Made by a program: the position numbers and the translations under genes. DNA of 64,000 nt from Bugula neritina (taxonomy: Eukaryota > Animalia > Bryozoa), in NCBI GenBank assembly GCA_964035545.1, contig OZ037770.1, positions 6,706,729-6,770,728 on the forward strand, written 5' to 3'. Positions within the stretch are counted from its first letter, which is position 1, and every line of letters starts with the position of its first letter. The notes under the pieces were generated by a model, which saw nothing but the letters and a program-made list of their open reading frames with translations, did not search any database and was not told the origin of the DNA. Below, in pieces: positions 1-12,357 of this stretch.

Positions 1-1002
1 GTCATACTCATAGTCATAGTGTGAAGTTCAAGTATGAACATTTTTCCGACGAAGAATGCATAGCTCTTGCTGTGTTTGATATAACTGTGATGCAAGATAA
101 CGTTTAACGTTAAATTATAACTCCACCTACGAAATTTGAGATATAGAGGGTGAAATCAGTAAGTGACGCGTTTGCAGAAGTTAGCGCTGCTGAGAACATT
201 GCTCTAGCTGTTAGCTTCTGGAACTGGGCATAAACTATGATGAGGAAAAGCTACTGGTGTTAAACTGTTCCGAATAACCTACCGCAGCAAAGCAAAATTA
301 TAGATATTACTGAGTTGTTTTTCGAGGGACAAGAATGCTGTGGTGTATCACTATCTAATATCCGGTAAATTGGGCTATCCCAATAAGTGAATAACTATTA
401 GAATACGCATGTGGTGTTTGCGTACGTTCAGATTGAGATTGTCATTGTGATATTAAGTAGTTTTCATCCCAGGTACACGATTCCCGGTTAGATACTATTA
501 GTAAAATAGTAGTTTACTATTTATTTATGTTGATGCAATATGAATATAATTAAATCATATATTATGTATTTTATGTGCAATTTTTTTAATAAAGTACGTA
601 TTTTAATTTAATGTTTTACTTTTACTTTTAGTAGTACTACTACTAGTACTACTTTACTACTACTAGTAGTAGTACCGGTACGGGCTACGGTGAGTCGGAT
701 AATCATAATAATTGATGATAATGGTTATTTATTCTATGTGTAAATCAATGCGTGCCTCTTTACCTCTTCAGTCTTCTTCTTTAGTACGCACTAGTGACTA
801 GAGCATGTACTTCAACTTGTAGCAAGAGGCACGCCCCTACAGTTTCCGATTACAGGCCAGCAAGTATTTTCAGTGCGTTTTGCACATATGCAACTCTGGT
901 GTATTGACTAATTATTTAGCATAGATTTAAGCTCCCGGACTGTTTTGAAAGGAAGCTGCTGTAGCAGGCTGCTGATTTTGCCTGCTTAATGCCCTAGTAG
1001 AC

Positions 1003-1260
1003 CTAGTGGCTAGTATTTTGGATTTTACTGTTGATCAGTTCATTATAGAAGTTGTTTAGCGATTCATGACTTCCCTCATTACATAGAAGTCGCAACAGTA
1101 ACTTATGCCTCAGCTTGAAGCGTCTGTCAGCAAGAGTTTCTAGGTTTAGTTTGTCACGTACCGCAGTGATACTGTCTCTGCCTTTCAATTTAGCAATGAA
1201 TCTGATTGATTGCATTATTTTGCACCTGTTCTCTATCTTTGATGAGGTATTGCAAACTGA
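1003..1260 (-). pseudogene. Non-LTR retrotransposon (LINE) ORF2 3'-end remnant
   Basis: Translation 'IRFIAKLKGRDSITAVRDKLNLETLADRRFKLRHKLL' resembles the post-RT 'ARF...S(V/I)T...L...L..RR' segment of CR1/L2/RTE-type ORF2. No RT core present. Confidence 0.55.
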
Positions 1261-1280
1261 GATCCCAAACTTCCCAAACT

Positions 1281-2090
1281 TACACAATTAGTTTTATTAC
1301 GGTGTCACCAATTAAATTTTTACCTGCTTACTAATGAACTTGGAAACTACAAAACCAAGCCCAATAATTGTGATTCTCGAAGTTGCATAGATACCATGAC
1401 TACCCACCAAAAATCATCGATGTTTTACTATTAACTAAATTTTAGTTATTCAACAAACATCCGTACTACTTAAAGTTTATTAGCCAACATAATATTATCT
1501 TTTTATCGAAATTCTAATTGAAACAAAAAATCCTATTACAAACTACAATGAAAATAGCCTAATAATTATCATTGCATGTATAATTTGGTTGTTATAATAA
1601 AAATGCTTATTATTATCATGCACATCATTATTTTCAAACTTGAACTATAAAACGAAGAACTCTCATTAGTATTTATAGTACGATGCTATTTCGAATAGTT
1701 TGACTCAATTGGTATAATTTCGTCAAATAAATAATTTGATAAAGAAATAAATATTTCATAAACCAGGTTAATACTTGTGAGTTAAGATGCAGAACTTTTT
1801 AGCTTTGTGCTTAAAGTGTCTTAATTCCACTACATCTAACTTAGGCCTTGTGCTCGAAACTTTGATAACTCACTAGAAGTAAATGAACAGCCATGGCTGC
1901 AAAGTTTTTTTTAAATTGTTCTTTAAAATGATATTGTAAAGATGTGAGTGAAATTGTACGTACTTGTAACTTGTATGTACCACTGTACAGCATGATGTAA
2001 TGAAATAACACAATAACTTAAAGAACTACTATATATTTATACAATAAAACATGAAATATGATGCAATAATATAGGTAAAAATCGGTTTTT
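1281..2090. repeat. Local direct duplication, copy 1 (empty-site copy)
   Basis: Colinear with 2253-2925 plus 4247-4370 (both start tacacaa.tagtttt...aattaaatttttacctgctta). Contains the uninterrupted site gaaattgtacgTActtgtaac near 1950-1970. Confidence 0.85.
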
Positions 2091-2925
2091 GTAAACTGCA
2101 TAAATGCAAAAGCGGAAAAAAGTGGTGGAAACGTAAACAGAAAAAAACAACTCAAAAAACTCCTAACGACTAATTTAAAACATTAAATCCTGCTTCGTGA
2201 GCGTGGCCTAATATCAGAAAAATCCAAGTCGTCGGCGCACAAAGAGTTTAGTTACACAACTAGTTTTCGTTATGGTGTTGACAATTAAATTTTTACCTGC
2301 TTAATAATGAACTTGTAAATTACAATAGCGAGCCCAATAATTGTTATTCTCGTGGTTGCATAGATACCATGACTGCCCACCAAAATCATTGATATTTTAC
2401 TATTTAGTTTTTCAACGAACATTCGTACGACTCAAAGTTATTTAGCCTACATATTATTATCTTGTTATCAAACTTTTAGTTAAAATGAAAATTTATCTTA
2501 TTACAGACTACAGTAAAAATAACCCAATATTTATCGATGCATGTAAGATGTAATTATTTTACCAGAAATATTGTCAAAGTTATCACATTGTTCATCATTA
2601 TTTTCCAACTTCAACTACATAAAGTAGAAGTATCATTACTATTTATAGTAAAAGAATGCTATTTTAAATAGTTTGACCCAATAAGTAAAATTTTATAGAT
2701 AAATATTTCATAAACAAAGTTAATACTTATTAGTTAAGATGCAAAACTTTTTAGCTTTGTGCATAAGTGTTTTGCTTCCACTACCTCAAACTTTGGCCTT
2801 GTGCTCAAAACTTTGATCACTCACCATTAGTACTACGAGTAAGTCAACAACTATGGCTGCAAACCTGTTTTAAAATTGTTGCTCTTTAAAATAATATTGT
2901 GCAGGTGTGAGTGAAATTATACATA

Positions 2926-4246
2926 CGAGGGTGGTTCAAAAAGTAACGCCTGTTGTGTAAGATCAGAGAATTATTTTCTGAATACTTAAACTATATATCA
3001 AAATGATCAGCAACAACTTAGGAACACACTTTATTTCTCAATATAGTCTCCTCCATTGTCCACAGCTGCTGTCCATCGTTGTATGAGAGCATGTATTCCT
3101 GCCCCGTAAAAGGAGGATGGTTGTGAGCCCAGCCAAGACCGTACAGCCGTTTTAACTTCTTCGTCAGTAGAGAATCGCTGACCTCTAAGTCCTTCCTTCA
3201 TCGGACCAAACAAATGAAAGTCTGATGGAGCCAAGTCAGGGCTGTATGGTGGATGAGGCAATGTGGTCCACTCATGACGGGTGATTTCCTCTCTTGTTCT
3301 CAAACTTGTGTGGGGACGGGCATTGTCGTGCTGAAGAAGCACGTTAGCTACGTTGACATTTGGTGTGCAACGCTTAAGTCTGGTTTTTAACTTCCTTAGA
3401 GTCTCAATGTAGGCTTCAGAATTTATGGTAGTGCCTTTGGCCATAAAGTCAATCAGTATCACACAAAAACAGTAGCAAAACACAGTAGCCATCACCTTGC
3501 CAGCGGATGGCTGAGATTTGAATTTCTTCTTTCTGGGTGAGTCTGCATGTCGCCATTCCATTGACCTTCTTTTGCTTTCTGGCTCATAATGATAAACCCC
3601 AGTTTCGCCACCAGTGATAATCCTTTGCAAAAATGTCTCATCTTCTGCATGCATGCTGAGAAGCTCAGTTGATGCCTCAACTCTTTGCTGCTTCATGGTG
3701 TCTGTAAGCTGCCGTGGGACCCACTTTGCACAGACCTTGCTGTAGCCAAGGTTACTGACTAAAGTGTCTGTACTGCCTCTACTGATCTCAGTGATTGTGA
3801 TTCTTCTGTTTTGTTTAATCAACTCATCAGTGCGTTTCAAGTTGATGTCTGACACTGCATGAGCAGGCCTTCCACTTCTTGGCTGGTCAACCAACAGAGC
3901 TTCACCTTTAGCAGAGTCACTGCCTTTAATCCTCCTTACCCATCTTCTCACATTGCTCACATCAAGAGTGTTATCTCCATAAACATTTTTTAATCTGTTG
4001 TGAATGGCTGCAGCACTTTTTTCCTCCAAAGCCAAAAATTCTATCACTGCTCTTTGCTTTTTACACACATCAGCATGGGTAGCCATTTTAAAAATAGAAT
4101 TCTGGGAATAAAAGAGGAAACAACTCTAAATTTTTGGTCACAAATAAGTAAAACAATATCAAAATATGTACTTGAAATATGAAACAAATGAACCTAAAAC
4201 TGTATAATTTATAGCTTAACAGGCATTACTTTTTGAACCACCCTCG
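2926..4246 (-). mobile_element. Full-length mariner (DD34D) DNA transposon, 1321 bp
   Basis: 29-bp TIRs CGAGGGTGGTTCAAAAAGTAA(C/T)GCCTGTT with one mismatch, at 2926-2954 and 4218-4246. TA target duplication at 2924-2925 and 4247-4248. Confidence 0.97.
3031..4086 (-). CDS. Mariner transposase, 351 aa, probably catalytically dead
   Basis: Open ORF with WVPRQL, HDNARPH and YSPDLAPSD motifs; 34 residues between the 2nd and 3rd Asp. The first catalytic motif reads TGGETG instead of TGDETW. Confidence 0.9.
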   Translation of the reverse strand: MATHADVCKKQRAVIEFLALEEKSAAAIHNRLKNVYGDNTLDVSNVRRWVRRIKGSDSAKGEALLVDQPRSGRPAHAVSDINLKRTDELIKQNRRITITEISRGSTDTLVSNLGYSKVCAKWVPRQLTDTMKQQRVEASTELLSMHAEDETFLQRIITGGETGVYHYEPESKRRSMEWRHADSPRKKKFKSQPSAGKVMATVFCYCFCVILIDFMAKGTTINSEAYIETLRKLKTRLKRCTPNVNVANVLLQHDNARPHTSLRTREEITRHEWTTLPHPPYSPDLAPSDFHLFGPMKEGLRGQRFSTDEEVKTAVRSWLGSQPSSFYGAGIHALIQRWTAAVDNGGDYIEK

Positions 4247-4438
4247 TACTTGTAACTTGCATGTAAAAGCATGATTTAATCGAATAACACAATAACATAA
4301 AGGCCTATTTAATATTTATGCAATAAAACATAAAATATGATACAATCAAAGATAGAAAAACAATTTTTTTTAGTTTTGTATAAAGATGTTTCCAAGTCAC
4401 AGCAAATTAAAACTATAAGATTACAAAAACATATTTGC

Positions 4439-6200
4439 TTATGCAATGTCAGCAAACTGCTGAATAATTTGAATTTCATCATCGCTCATAATACCATGCA
4501 AATAATTGCTAATATGCAATGGCTTATCAAAGTCTTGATGCCCTGAACATTTGATATGAACGTATACATTCTGCAAAGTCTTGCTAACAGTTAAAGTACG
4601 ACTAACTGGATCAATGTATTTTCGGTAGGTCTTCGTTGATGCTACAATACGATCCGTTGGCATAAATGCCACTCTACATGCATAGCAAATTTTTATTCGA
4701 TTGTTTTCTCTTGAAAGATGGAAAACTACAGAGTTGTTGTGTGAAAGATCATTTGCACAGAATCGTTTATCAATACTTGCGAGTTTTCTAATTCGCTTCA
4801 TTTCATTTTTTTTCTTTCTTGGCCTAGACGACAACCAGCAGTGACTGTTGAGAGTTAAATATCATTGTAGTTTGAAGTTGCTGTTTCTGGAGGACAATAA
4901 TGGTCTAAAATATTGTTTATGCTTAATAAATTCTTTTCAGTTTGTGAGCTGTACCACTTAACCTTCTCAATTTTCAAATGCGAATACTGAGCTTTAACTA
5001 TGAGTATTCCTTCAGACAAAATCGCTCGTTTGCAGTTGTTATGTTGTATAGTGCATTTCTCTTCCCATGATGTTATGATGTCTTTTAAAATAGATTTTCT
5101 GTTTAAATTAATCTTAAGCAACCGATTTATTGACTCATTAGCATTATTATAAAAGAAATTTTTGTTTCAAGCCTGCCGCTTCTCGTTTTGAGGCTAATAG
5201 ACATTCAACGAAAGTTTGGCGTTGATACCTTCAAAACCAGCTAAAAATATCTGCATGAGCTGCATCCCATTTATGTTTAACTTCTTGAAAGTGCTCATCA
5301 AACTCATGCTCCTCGAAACAACTCGCTAAGTCTAAAAACATGTCATTCCCCAAATCATTTATGGTGGCTTTTGGCAAACCTTGACCAGTCAAATAGCTGA
5401 TAATATTATTTTCAACATGTCTTTTACAAACCATGTGTAAAACATCAGTCATGTGTATATTGAAGGCTTTAAAAAGTTCAACCTGCCTGTCAGTCCCAAT
5501 AAATTTAATATTTTTTAATTTGTCGTTTTCGTTAATTAAGTCGGACGCAAATAATTTATAAGCAGCTAAATTATGTTCAGTGTGTATAAATGTAGGCCCA
5601 ATTAGTGTGGGGTCCACTATTGAGTTTTTGTGAATAAGCATAGGGTGTCGGAAAGTGGTCGGTGTTACATAATATTTACCTATGTTATAGGTCATATCAA
5701 TCCCTAGAATTCGGGGTGACTACTTAGTGCAAAATGCTTCCATTGCTTGTAACTGGAATCCTGAAGCTAATATAATAGCCAACTTGCATTTTTTGACATA
5801 TGCACAGCAACAATTGGTGAGGATGATTCATTTTTTGCTGATAGAACCCATTCCAGCTCTCCTTTTGATGATTTTTCTTTAAAAGTTCTTTTGGTGTTAT
5901 AAACTTGTGATATATTTCGAGGAACAGCAGATTCATTGCGACGGTCAAATCTTTTCAAAGTGATAGCTAAGATTTTTGGAAGCTTTGTAAACTGAGACAG
6001 TTGTACAGTTGTATCCAAACAACCACAGCTGAAATATAGTAACATGTGTAATTACTCATTAGTTAGAAATTCACAAAAATATGGTCCAAAATATGTAACC
6101 ATAAAATGCACACAATACCCTTCACAAACATAGCCATCTAGTTTCTTGGAGATGAAATGATCCCGCAGGGCTCCCTGCAGTGTGACCTCACTGTAACAAA
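4439..6200 (-). mobile_element. Degenerate Mutator-like (MULE) transposase remnant
   Basis: Fragments read 'ILGIDMTYNIGKYYVT', 'FIGTDRQVELFKAF' and 'HMVCKRH' (MULE D..D..CxxH), with a Cys/His C-terminal piece 'CYAC...HIKC'. Several stops and frameshifts. Confidence 0.7.
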
Positions 6201-7609
6201 TAAAACAAAATAGCTATTACAAAAACATGAAGATAAAAGCATAAGTGTTTACTGTGCATTCTAACTTTTACTTTAGGAATTGCAAACTATACATAAGCAA
6301 CAAATGTGTTCAAGCAATGTAAATTTTACCAAACCTTTTGCATCACATGTTATACATTTCCATAATTTCCATAAATGCTGCTCATTATTCATAAAATAAG
6401 GTAAAACCTCTAAAATAAAATGTGGGTATAGCAAAAGCCTTAATTGGTGGCCTCTCTTGATTATAATGTCAATTATACATTTGGTTTTTGATGATATTAT
6501 GCATACAATTTGATATTGAATTAATATCTACTATGATGGTATGGGTGTAATCATGAATGTATTCTCAAATCTTATTTTTATCGGCTGTTTTTGATCGAAA
6601 TGTTTTATCTTTTTTCGCAATCTCATAGCTGAAACAGGAGCATTGAACTTAGCAAAGCAGTCTCGGTTTATCAACAGGCTTACCTGTTCAATTGTAGTTT
6701 TGTTTTCTATATCTGCAACATCTGTAATTATTGCATTAATTTTGCAATTCTCTTATCTGATGACTTATCTGCACTAAAATTTTGGCTTCTTCCATGTTCC
6801 TTTTTAGTAATTCAATTTTTTTTCCTATTTTCTTGTGCATTGTTTTTCAATATTTTTTCACCATTTTTCAATCTTGTTAATCTGATTCACCACTCCAAAA
6901 TTAATAAATTGTGTGAGTTATTTGAGTTCTTTACACAGTCTAAACAGTGCCAACGTACTCTTTTGCTGACCATCTTGGTTATTGTTATTTCATTAGGGAG
7001 TAGATCCTACCAAGGATCATGGAACCATTTGTTACAGGAAACATGTGACCAACTTACTTGTGACTTTAATTTGCTTATTGTTCCTTCCCTGTAGTGTTCA
7101 CCCGGTTTCACCACAGGTAGCAAATTTTCCTCTGGCTTTTGTTTTGGTCCTCAGTGCCAGCTTTTGGTTTTGCCAGGTGTAGGTTGAAATAAAACTGAAT
7201 CTGGCATCATTTTTTCCAATTCACTAGAGTTTTTAACAAAGGCAACATTGATTATTTCTTTCGATGGCGATTGATTATCAATAAATTGTTGTCCAAATTA
7301 TCTTGTTGTCGCTAGTTGTAGTAATTACTATTATATAAACAATATGAATACATCAAAATATGTTCAGCAATGTATTCCAATGAGAGGCAGTCCTTCATTT
7401 TTATGATAATGTTGATCCCATATTGGCATAAATATTTAAATTATAATTTCCGCTTCATAATGCCATGGCACCAAAAGTTTGATATAATATATATTCTATA
7501 TACTCCTCCCACTTGTGTCATCACCTACCGCCATCTCCCATATTGGAAGTGCTAGTAAGCAGCTAATAAGTGAACAAGTGAACATAACAAAGCAAGGATT
7601 TAATTACAT

Positions 7610-8330
7610 TACGATATAAGTGATAGGATTTTCTGTTTGCAAACTAAGACATGCCATGAATCCTCGTATTAGCAATTTTTCGGCAGAAAGTTGGGGTTTT
7701 CCTACGGTAAAAGCTAAGATGAATAACTTTGCACATACTGACCCACCACCCTCTGCAATGTCAAACTCACCTATCAGCTAATACCACATCCTACTTAAGA
7801 GTTTATCTAAAAAGTCTGTGTTCTGCTAAGTATTTGTATCAACCCCTCTCTCCACTCCGTTTGAAATGTATGAAATCACGATCGGTAAAAAGATTCCAAT
7901 CAGGTACTTCACAGTGTTATTATCTTTAGAAGTATACCACGTTAAAGCTCAGCTTGCAAGTTGAATAGCCTTTCAAAATACACCTCAAAACCGTCAATTA
8001 TCACTGCTACATTAGTTTTAAAGTGTTCCCAAATGCCATCCCTTTATGGCCACACTATTAGACATTTTTAATTTCGTTTGCAAAACATCCACATTTGTAT
8101 ACACCTTCAAAATTGTTAATGGCACCGCACTATAGCAGTATCCCAGGAATGGGCCTTGAAAATTAAGGCGCAGTCATAGCAATACAACTGTCATCTGCTG
8201 AAACTTTTTCTGTGCACTGCAGTCTGACACTGTCAGTTTGTTAGCAACAAAGTTGAATACTGACATCAGCGTAAGAAAGTTTGGCAGTCCAGTAAAATAC
8301 TTAACTTTATCGTCCTTATGACTGAAGGTA
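7610..8330 (-). pseudogene. PIF/Harbinger (ISL2EU-like, DDE_Tnp_4) transposase pseudogene
   Basis: Hand translation of the minus strand gives 'DDKVKYFTGLPNF' (~8270-8315), 'IIDGFEVYFERL' and 'NNTVKYLIGI' (~7890-8005), and 'DVVLADR' followed by 'GKPQLSAE' (~7680-7795). Frameshifted and not in the ORF track. Confidence 0.75.
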
Positions 8331-8708
8331 TCTTGCGTAATGATTAAGTCGCCGAATATCCTTCAGCGCTTTACTGTGTGTAAGTCCTCAATAGTCCTGA
8401 TCATGTCATCGGTTAAATCAGTTTTTACCAATTTTGCTAGAGCCTCTCAGCACTACCTTGCTGTTCCTCACTGCTCCTGAATTGTTTCTCACATTCTAGA
8501 TGGTATTTCTGTTTATTTATCGGTACTCTTTTTCAGCTTCTAGATTATTGGTTAAACTACAAAGCATAATGTTATCCAGTCAGATAGTTGTAACGACAAA
8601 CTTGCAAATTGTAATTGTAGTTATACTTCTGGCAAATCCAGCACAGGTCTGATTTGTACTTCAATACTACGATGGTGGGCAGGACAGCTTTCCGCTTTCC
8701 ACACACAC

Positions 8709-9007
8709 GTCACGAACGAACAGTTTTACCAGCTGCATGGCAACTATCGGAGTAGTCTATGTAAATAGACTTCACAATTAGATGAGAAAACAAAACCTGA
8801 ACATTAGTTTTAGGGAAGCCTAGGAAATGAACCCTCGGTATGGCTACTATGTTCCATTCATACCACAGCAAAAAAAGATAAATATGTTCACTGTTTTTGG
8901 TACACATCCGGGAAGAGCTAAGGCATGTATGCTGGTTACAGACTTGACAAAGTCAAAGATAAGATTCTGCTTCCTCAAATCTGATTGCTTTGTTGTTACG
9001 CCCTTTT
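8709..9007. repeat. Dispersed ~300-bp repeat, copy A
   Basis: Colinear with 15835-16090 (gtcacgaacgaac...catgtaaatagacttca...gattgctttgttgttac). Confidence 0.8.
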
Positions 9008-9149
9008 TCTAATTTATGTGATGTGGTACAACACTATTTTCCTCGTATTTCTTCGTCAATGTTAAAAGAGTGTTACCAAACACATTAGCAGAATGCATTT
9101 CTGCAAATTGCTAATCCTACAAGCAAGTGTTCTTGAACCTAATTGTTGA

Positions 9150-10277
9150 TAGCCTTGGAGCGATGGCAAGGGGCATTTTTGTCCTAGAAAATCCAACTGC
9201 TACCATCATACATCTTTTGTGCTGTTGGCAGGAGTTTTTCTTCTAGCATTTTTTGGTACAATTTACTATTAACATTGCTTTCCTGAAACTTGATTCTGCC
9301 AATGCCGTTTGCTGACATGCATCCCCATACCATGACACTGGCAGGATTTTTGGTTGGGATAGTCTTTGATAAATTATTCACTGGGTCTTCTTGTAACCCA
9401 GTTGTTGCCTCGGTGACACTATATCTATGGAGTTCTCATCACTAAATTTAACATTGTGCCAAACTTCTACTGCCCAATGTTGATGATTCCTGGTCCATTT
9501 CAACCTTTTTCAACTGTGTACAAAAATCATCAGCACCTTTCCGGCACGTCTCCTGTGTAGGCCACTCTCATTTAACCTTCTTGCCACAGTCTTTCTGCTA
9601 ACCTTGACACCTGAAGAATACTCCCACTGCTTTGCCAATTCTAAACAGAACAGGTAGTGGTAAGCTCGTCCGAGCTTGCATGGAGTTTTCTTTTCACTGT
9701 TTCCAGCTCTCAGATCTTTAACTGATGCAGTTTCCTTCCAGTTGTTAAAGATGTTGTGAACAGTAGACTTTGGAATTTTCAATTTATTACAAATTTTTCC
9801 GTCAAATTATTGTTGTATAAGAGCACAACAAAAACTTGTTTTCAAGTGTTGCTATATTAAGAAACATTGATTTTTCTAAATGCATACAGTCAAGTCACCA
9901 ATTTCAAAAAGGAGTAAATAATTGTACAGTAAAAGACTTTATGCTTGACGTTATGTTCTGTGTGAAGTCTATAAACCATTTAGAGTATATTGTTAGTTTA
10001 GATATGTATGCTAATCTTTCAACTAATCCCTGAACAAGGAGATTTTAACCCTCTGGACTAAATTTGTCTTTCAATGGATAATGTATTTTAGATGAACTGG
10101 AGATTGGATTAGTTGTTTGAAATTAATTTAAACAGGTTCCTGGTCGTCTAAGGAATTTTTTGATATATATACTTGCGCAAGTCGACTGGGAGAAAGTTGA
10201 GATAATGGCTAACTTAAGACTATTGTTGAAATTTTAGGAAATTCATTAATATGTCTCAACTATTTTGACCATCAGTG
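9150..10277 (-). mobile_element. Tc1-like transposon remnant, 3'-truncated
   Basis: HTH 'IPKSTVHNIF...VSRKTVARRLNESGL' and core 'SVMVWGCMSANGIG...WIF*DKNAPCH'. A candidate 5' TIR (minus strand TA-CACTGATGGTCAAAATAGTTGAGAC) ends at 10277; its partner was not found. Confidence 0.8.
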
Positions 10278-10929
10278 TAACAACAAATATGTCTCATATA
10301 ATGCTTTGCTTGTTGCTTTAATTATTCCTATGACTGGATTTTCCCCATCTATAATGAAAATCTATTGGTGTTAGACAAGCACATTTTGCTAAGTTGTGTA
10401 ACGTTACACTAGTTTTATATTAGACATGATAGCAAATCTCGCAAGTGTCGGTTTTAGTTATTGCTGGCGAACCAACTTTAATAAATGATTAAAATTTTCA
10501 ACTGACTTTCAGAAGTATTGCAAAGGTTTGTCATTGTCTCTTTTCAGCTCCTGTGCTAGGTTGTTGCACAACCCCAGCACATCTCGTTGCCTATTTATAG
10601 AGTAGACCCAGTAGATTTTTTTCTGTGTTCTTTTCTGCATATCAATAATAACTGTTTTTGTAGCAACAATATTCCGATTTTTGGCGGTGTTTTTATTTTT
10701 AGTAATTGAAATATCAGTGATGCCTTCTTCAATGTCTGAAAACTCGTCGACTAGTTCTCATAGTTAGCAATACTGGTCGAGTTGTTCAACATCTATCATA
10801 ACTAACTTGTATCTGCGGCAACAACTGCCATCAAAACTATACTGCCATATTTGTAATTGTGGTAAAATCTACTTGAATTTAGTTTCCTTCTTCTTACATG
10901 TTTTCCATCCACACTACTAAAAAGTTGAT

Positions 10930-11350
10930 AATTTTTTTTATTTGCTTTGATAGTTGTTTTTAATCCATTTCCAGAAAATAATTTGCAAACATCCTTTTTC
11001 ATGTTCTCTATTTCTTTTGGTGTTCTTTCGGAGACTCTTAAGCTATCATTCCTGTACAGGCCAAAGCTTTTGCCATGTTTTTGTGTTGTTAAGCTTGAAA
11101 TGTACGCCCTAACTAGTTCGCATGTTTCTGCGCCATCGTACCCTTCCATTGTCACGTCAAAAGAGGTTGTAGTTGTGTTTCCCCCATGCATTTCCAGAGT
11201 TGAAGAGTAGCGACTTTTTGGCATATACAATTATTATTTCTGTTTCATCTTTGCTGACTGTGTCAAATTTCGATGCAAAAGTTAAAGCGTTTTCAAGTAG
11301 GTTTTGTGAAATTGAAGGGTAAAAGTCTATGACGTCTATCAATTTAGAAT
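10930..11350 (-). pseudogene. Penelope-like element reverse transcriptase remnant
   Basis: 'DVIDFYPSISQNLL...KKSLLFNSG' then frameshift to '[17 protein letters not shown]...GLYRND', matching the PLE RT pattern FDVTMGSYDGAEVCEL/GLYRDDG. Confidence 0.8.
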
Positions 11351-11394
11351 GATATTTCACTTCATAATTTGTAATCTCATTTTTTAACATTTAC

Positions 11395-12357
11395 CTAGTG
11401 TTGGGAAAAACGATTGCAAGGTTTGACAGCAGGCCACTCTCGTAGTCAGTCATGATTGGGGGACAGGTTGTGTTGTGCCATCTCTCTCAGCAGTGTTTCA
11501 AGTGTCCTGTGGTAGGTGTCATGATTTTTGTCTGGTAGTTAGCAGAAAGCCAGTGGCACAAAATGGTCTCTGAAATAACATCAAAATAAAATGAAATTAT
11601 ATTGAAAAATTCTAAAAACCACATTATATGTATTGACGTAAGTAGATATGGAGAGTAATTCACCCCAATAAGTGTTCACCTATCTATTCCGTGGATAGTG
11701 AGCAAACAGCCTTGGAGCTGCTTTGAAAGCACCGTTCATAAAGTGGATTGAAGACTGCTCAAGTAGCTGGAGATTGGCATCAGTAGTCAGGATGATGATC
11801 GAGTCAGCCAGATCGAGTTGTTGACCACTGGCCATCCAAGTTGATCTCTTCAAAGGTAGTTATTACTGGAGGTATCTTGGCTCTCTTGGCGCGGTACATC
11901 TGAGTGCGACATTCATGGAAATCAGAAATCATCATGCCATTTGCATTTTCTGGAGCCTTGTGGCTGGTGACAATATCTTTGTAAACCTGCAAAAGACACA
12001 GTAATAACAATAATGATTTATTTCAAAAAAATGCAAGGCTAATTGTTCTGCATTTGAAAACATGAATACTTACTTAACACAGTGGCTGTAGCAATTCCTG
12101 TAAAGCAAGCTCACGCACCTGGGATTTGATCTTGAGAGAAAGAATTTCCTCCTCATGTGGCAATGCTCTACAAAGTGAATAACATGAGCGTGGTCCCCAA
12201 CCTGGGAGCCAGGCTCTGTGTGCACACGGCCAGGGCAGTCAACCTCCACACATCTCCAATGCTGTTTTGATGAATGAATGCCATCTTTCTTATGCCAGTA
12301 ACCTCTGTATATAAGGTTGAGTCCTCGGCCCTTTTTGATGACTGTTGTTTGTTCCAT
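11395..12357 (-). mobile_element. FLYWCH-MULE (Mutator-like) transposase remnant with introns
   Basis: FLYWCH finger 'LIYRGY...HWRCVEVDCPGRV...H.H', then 'FMNGAFKAAPRLF', 'TIHG' and 'IMTDYESGL...VFPN'. GT-AG intron at ~11987-12072; stops present. Confidence 0.75.

Larger units (their letters stand above)
2253..4370. repeat. Local direct duplication, copy 2 (interrupted by mariner)
   Basis: Diverged copy of 1281-2090 split at gaaattatacaTA[mariner]TActtgtaac. Confidence 0.85.
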
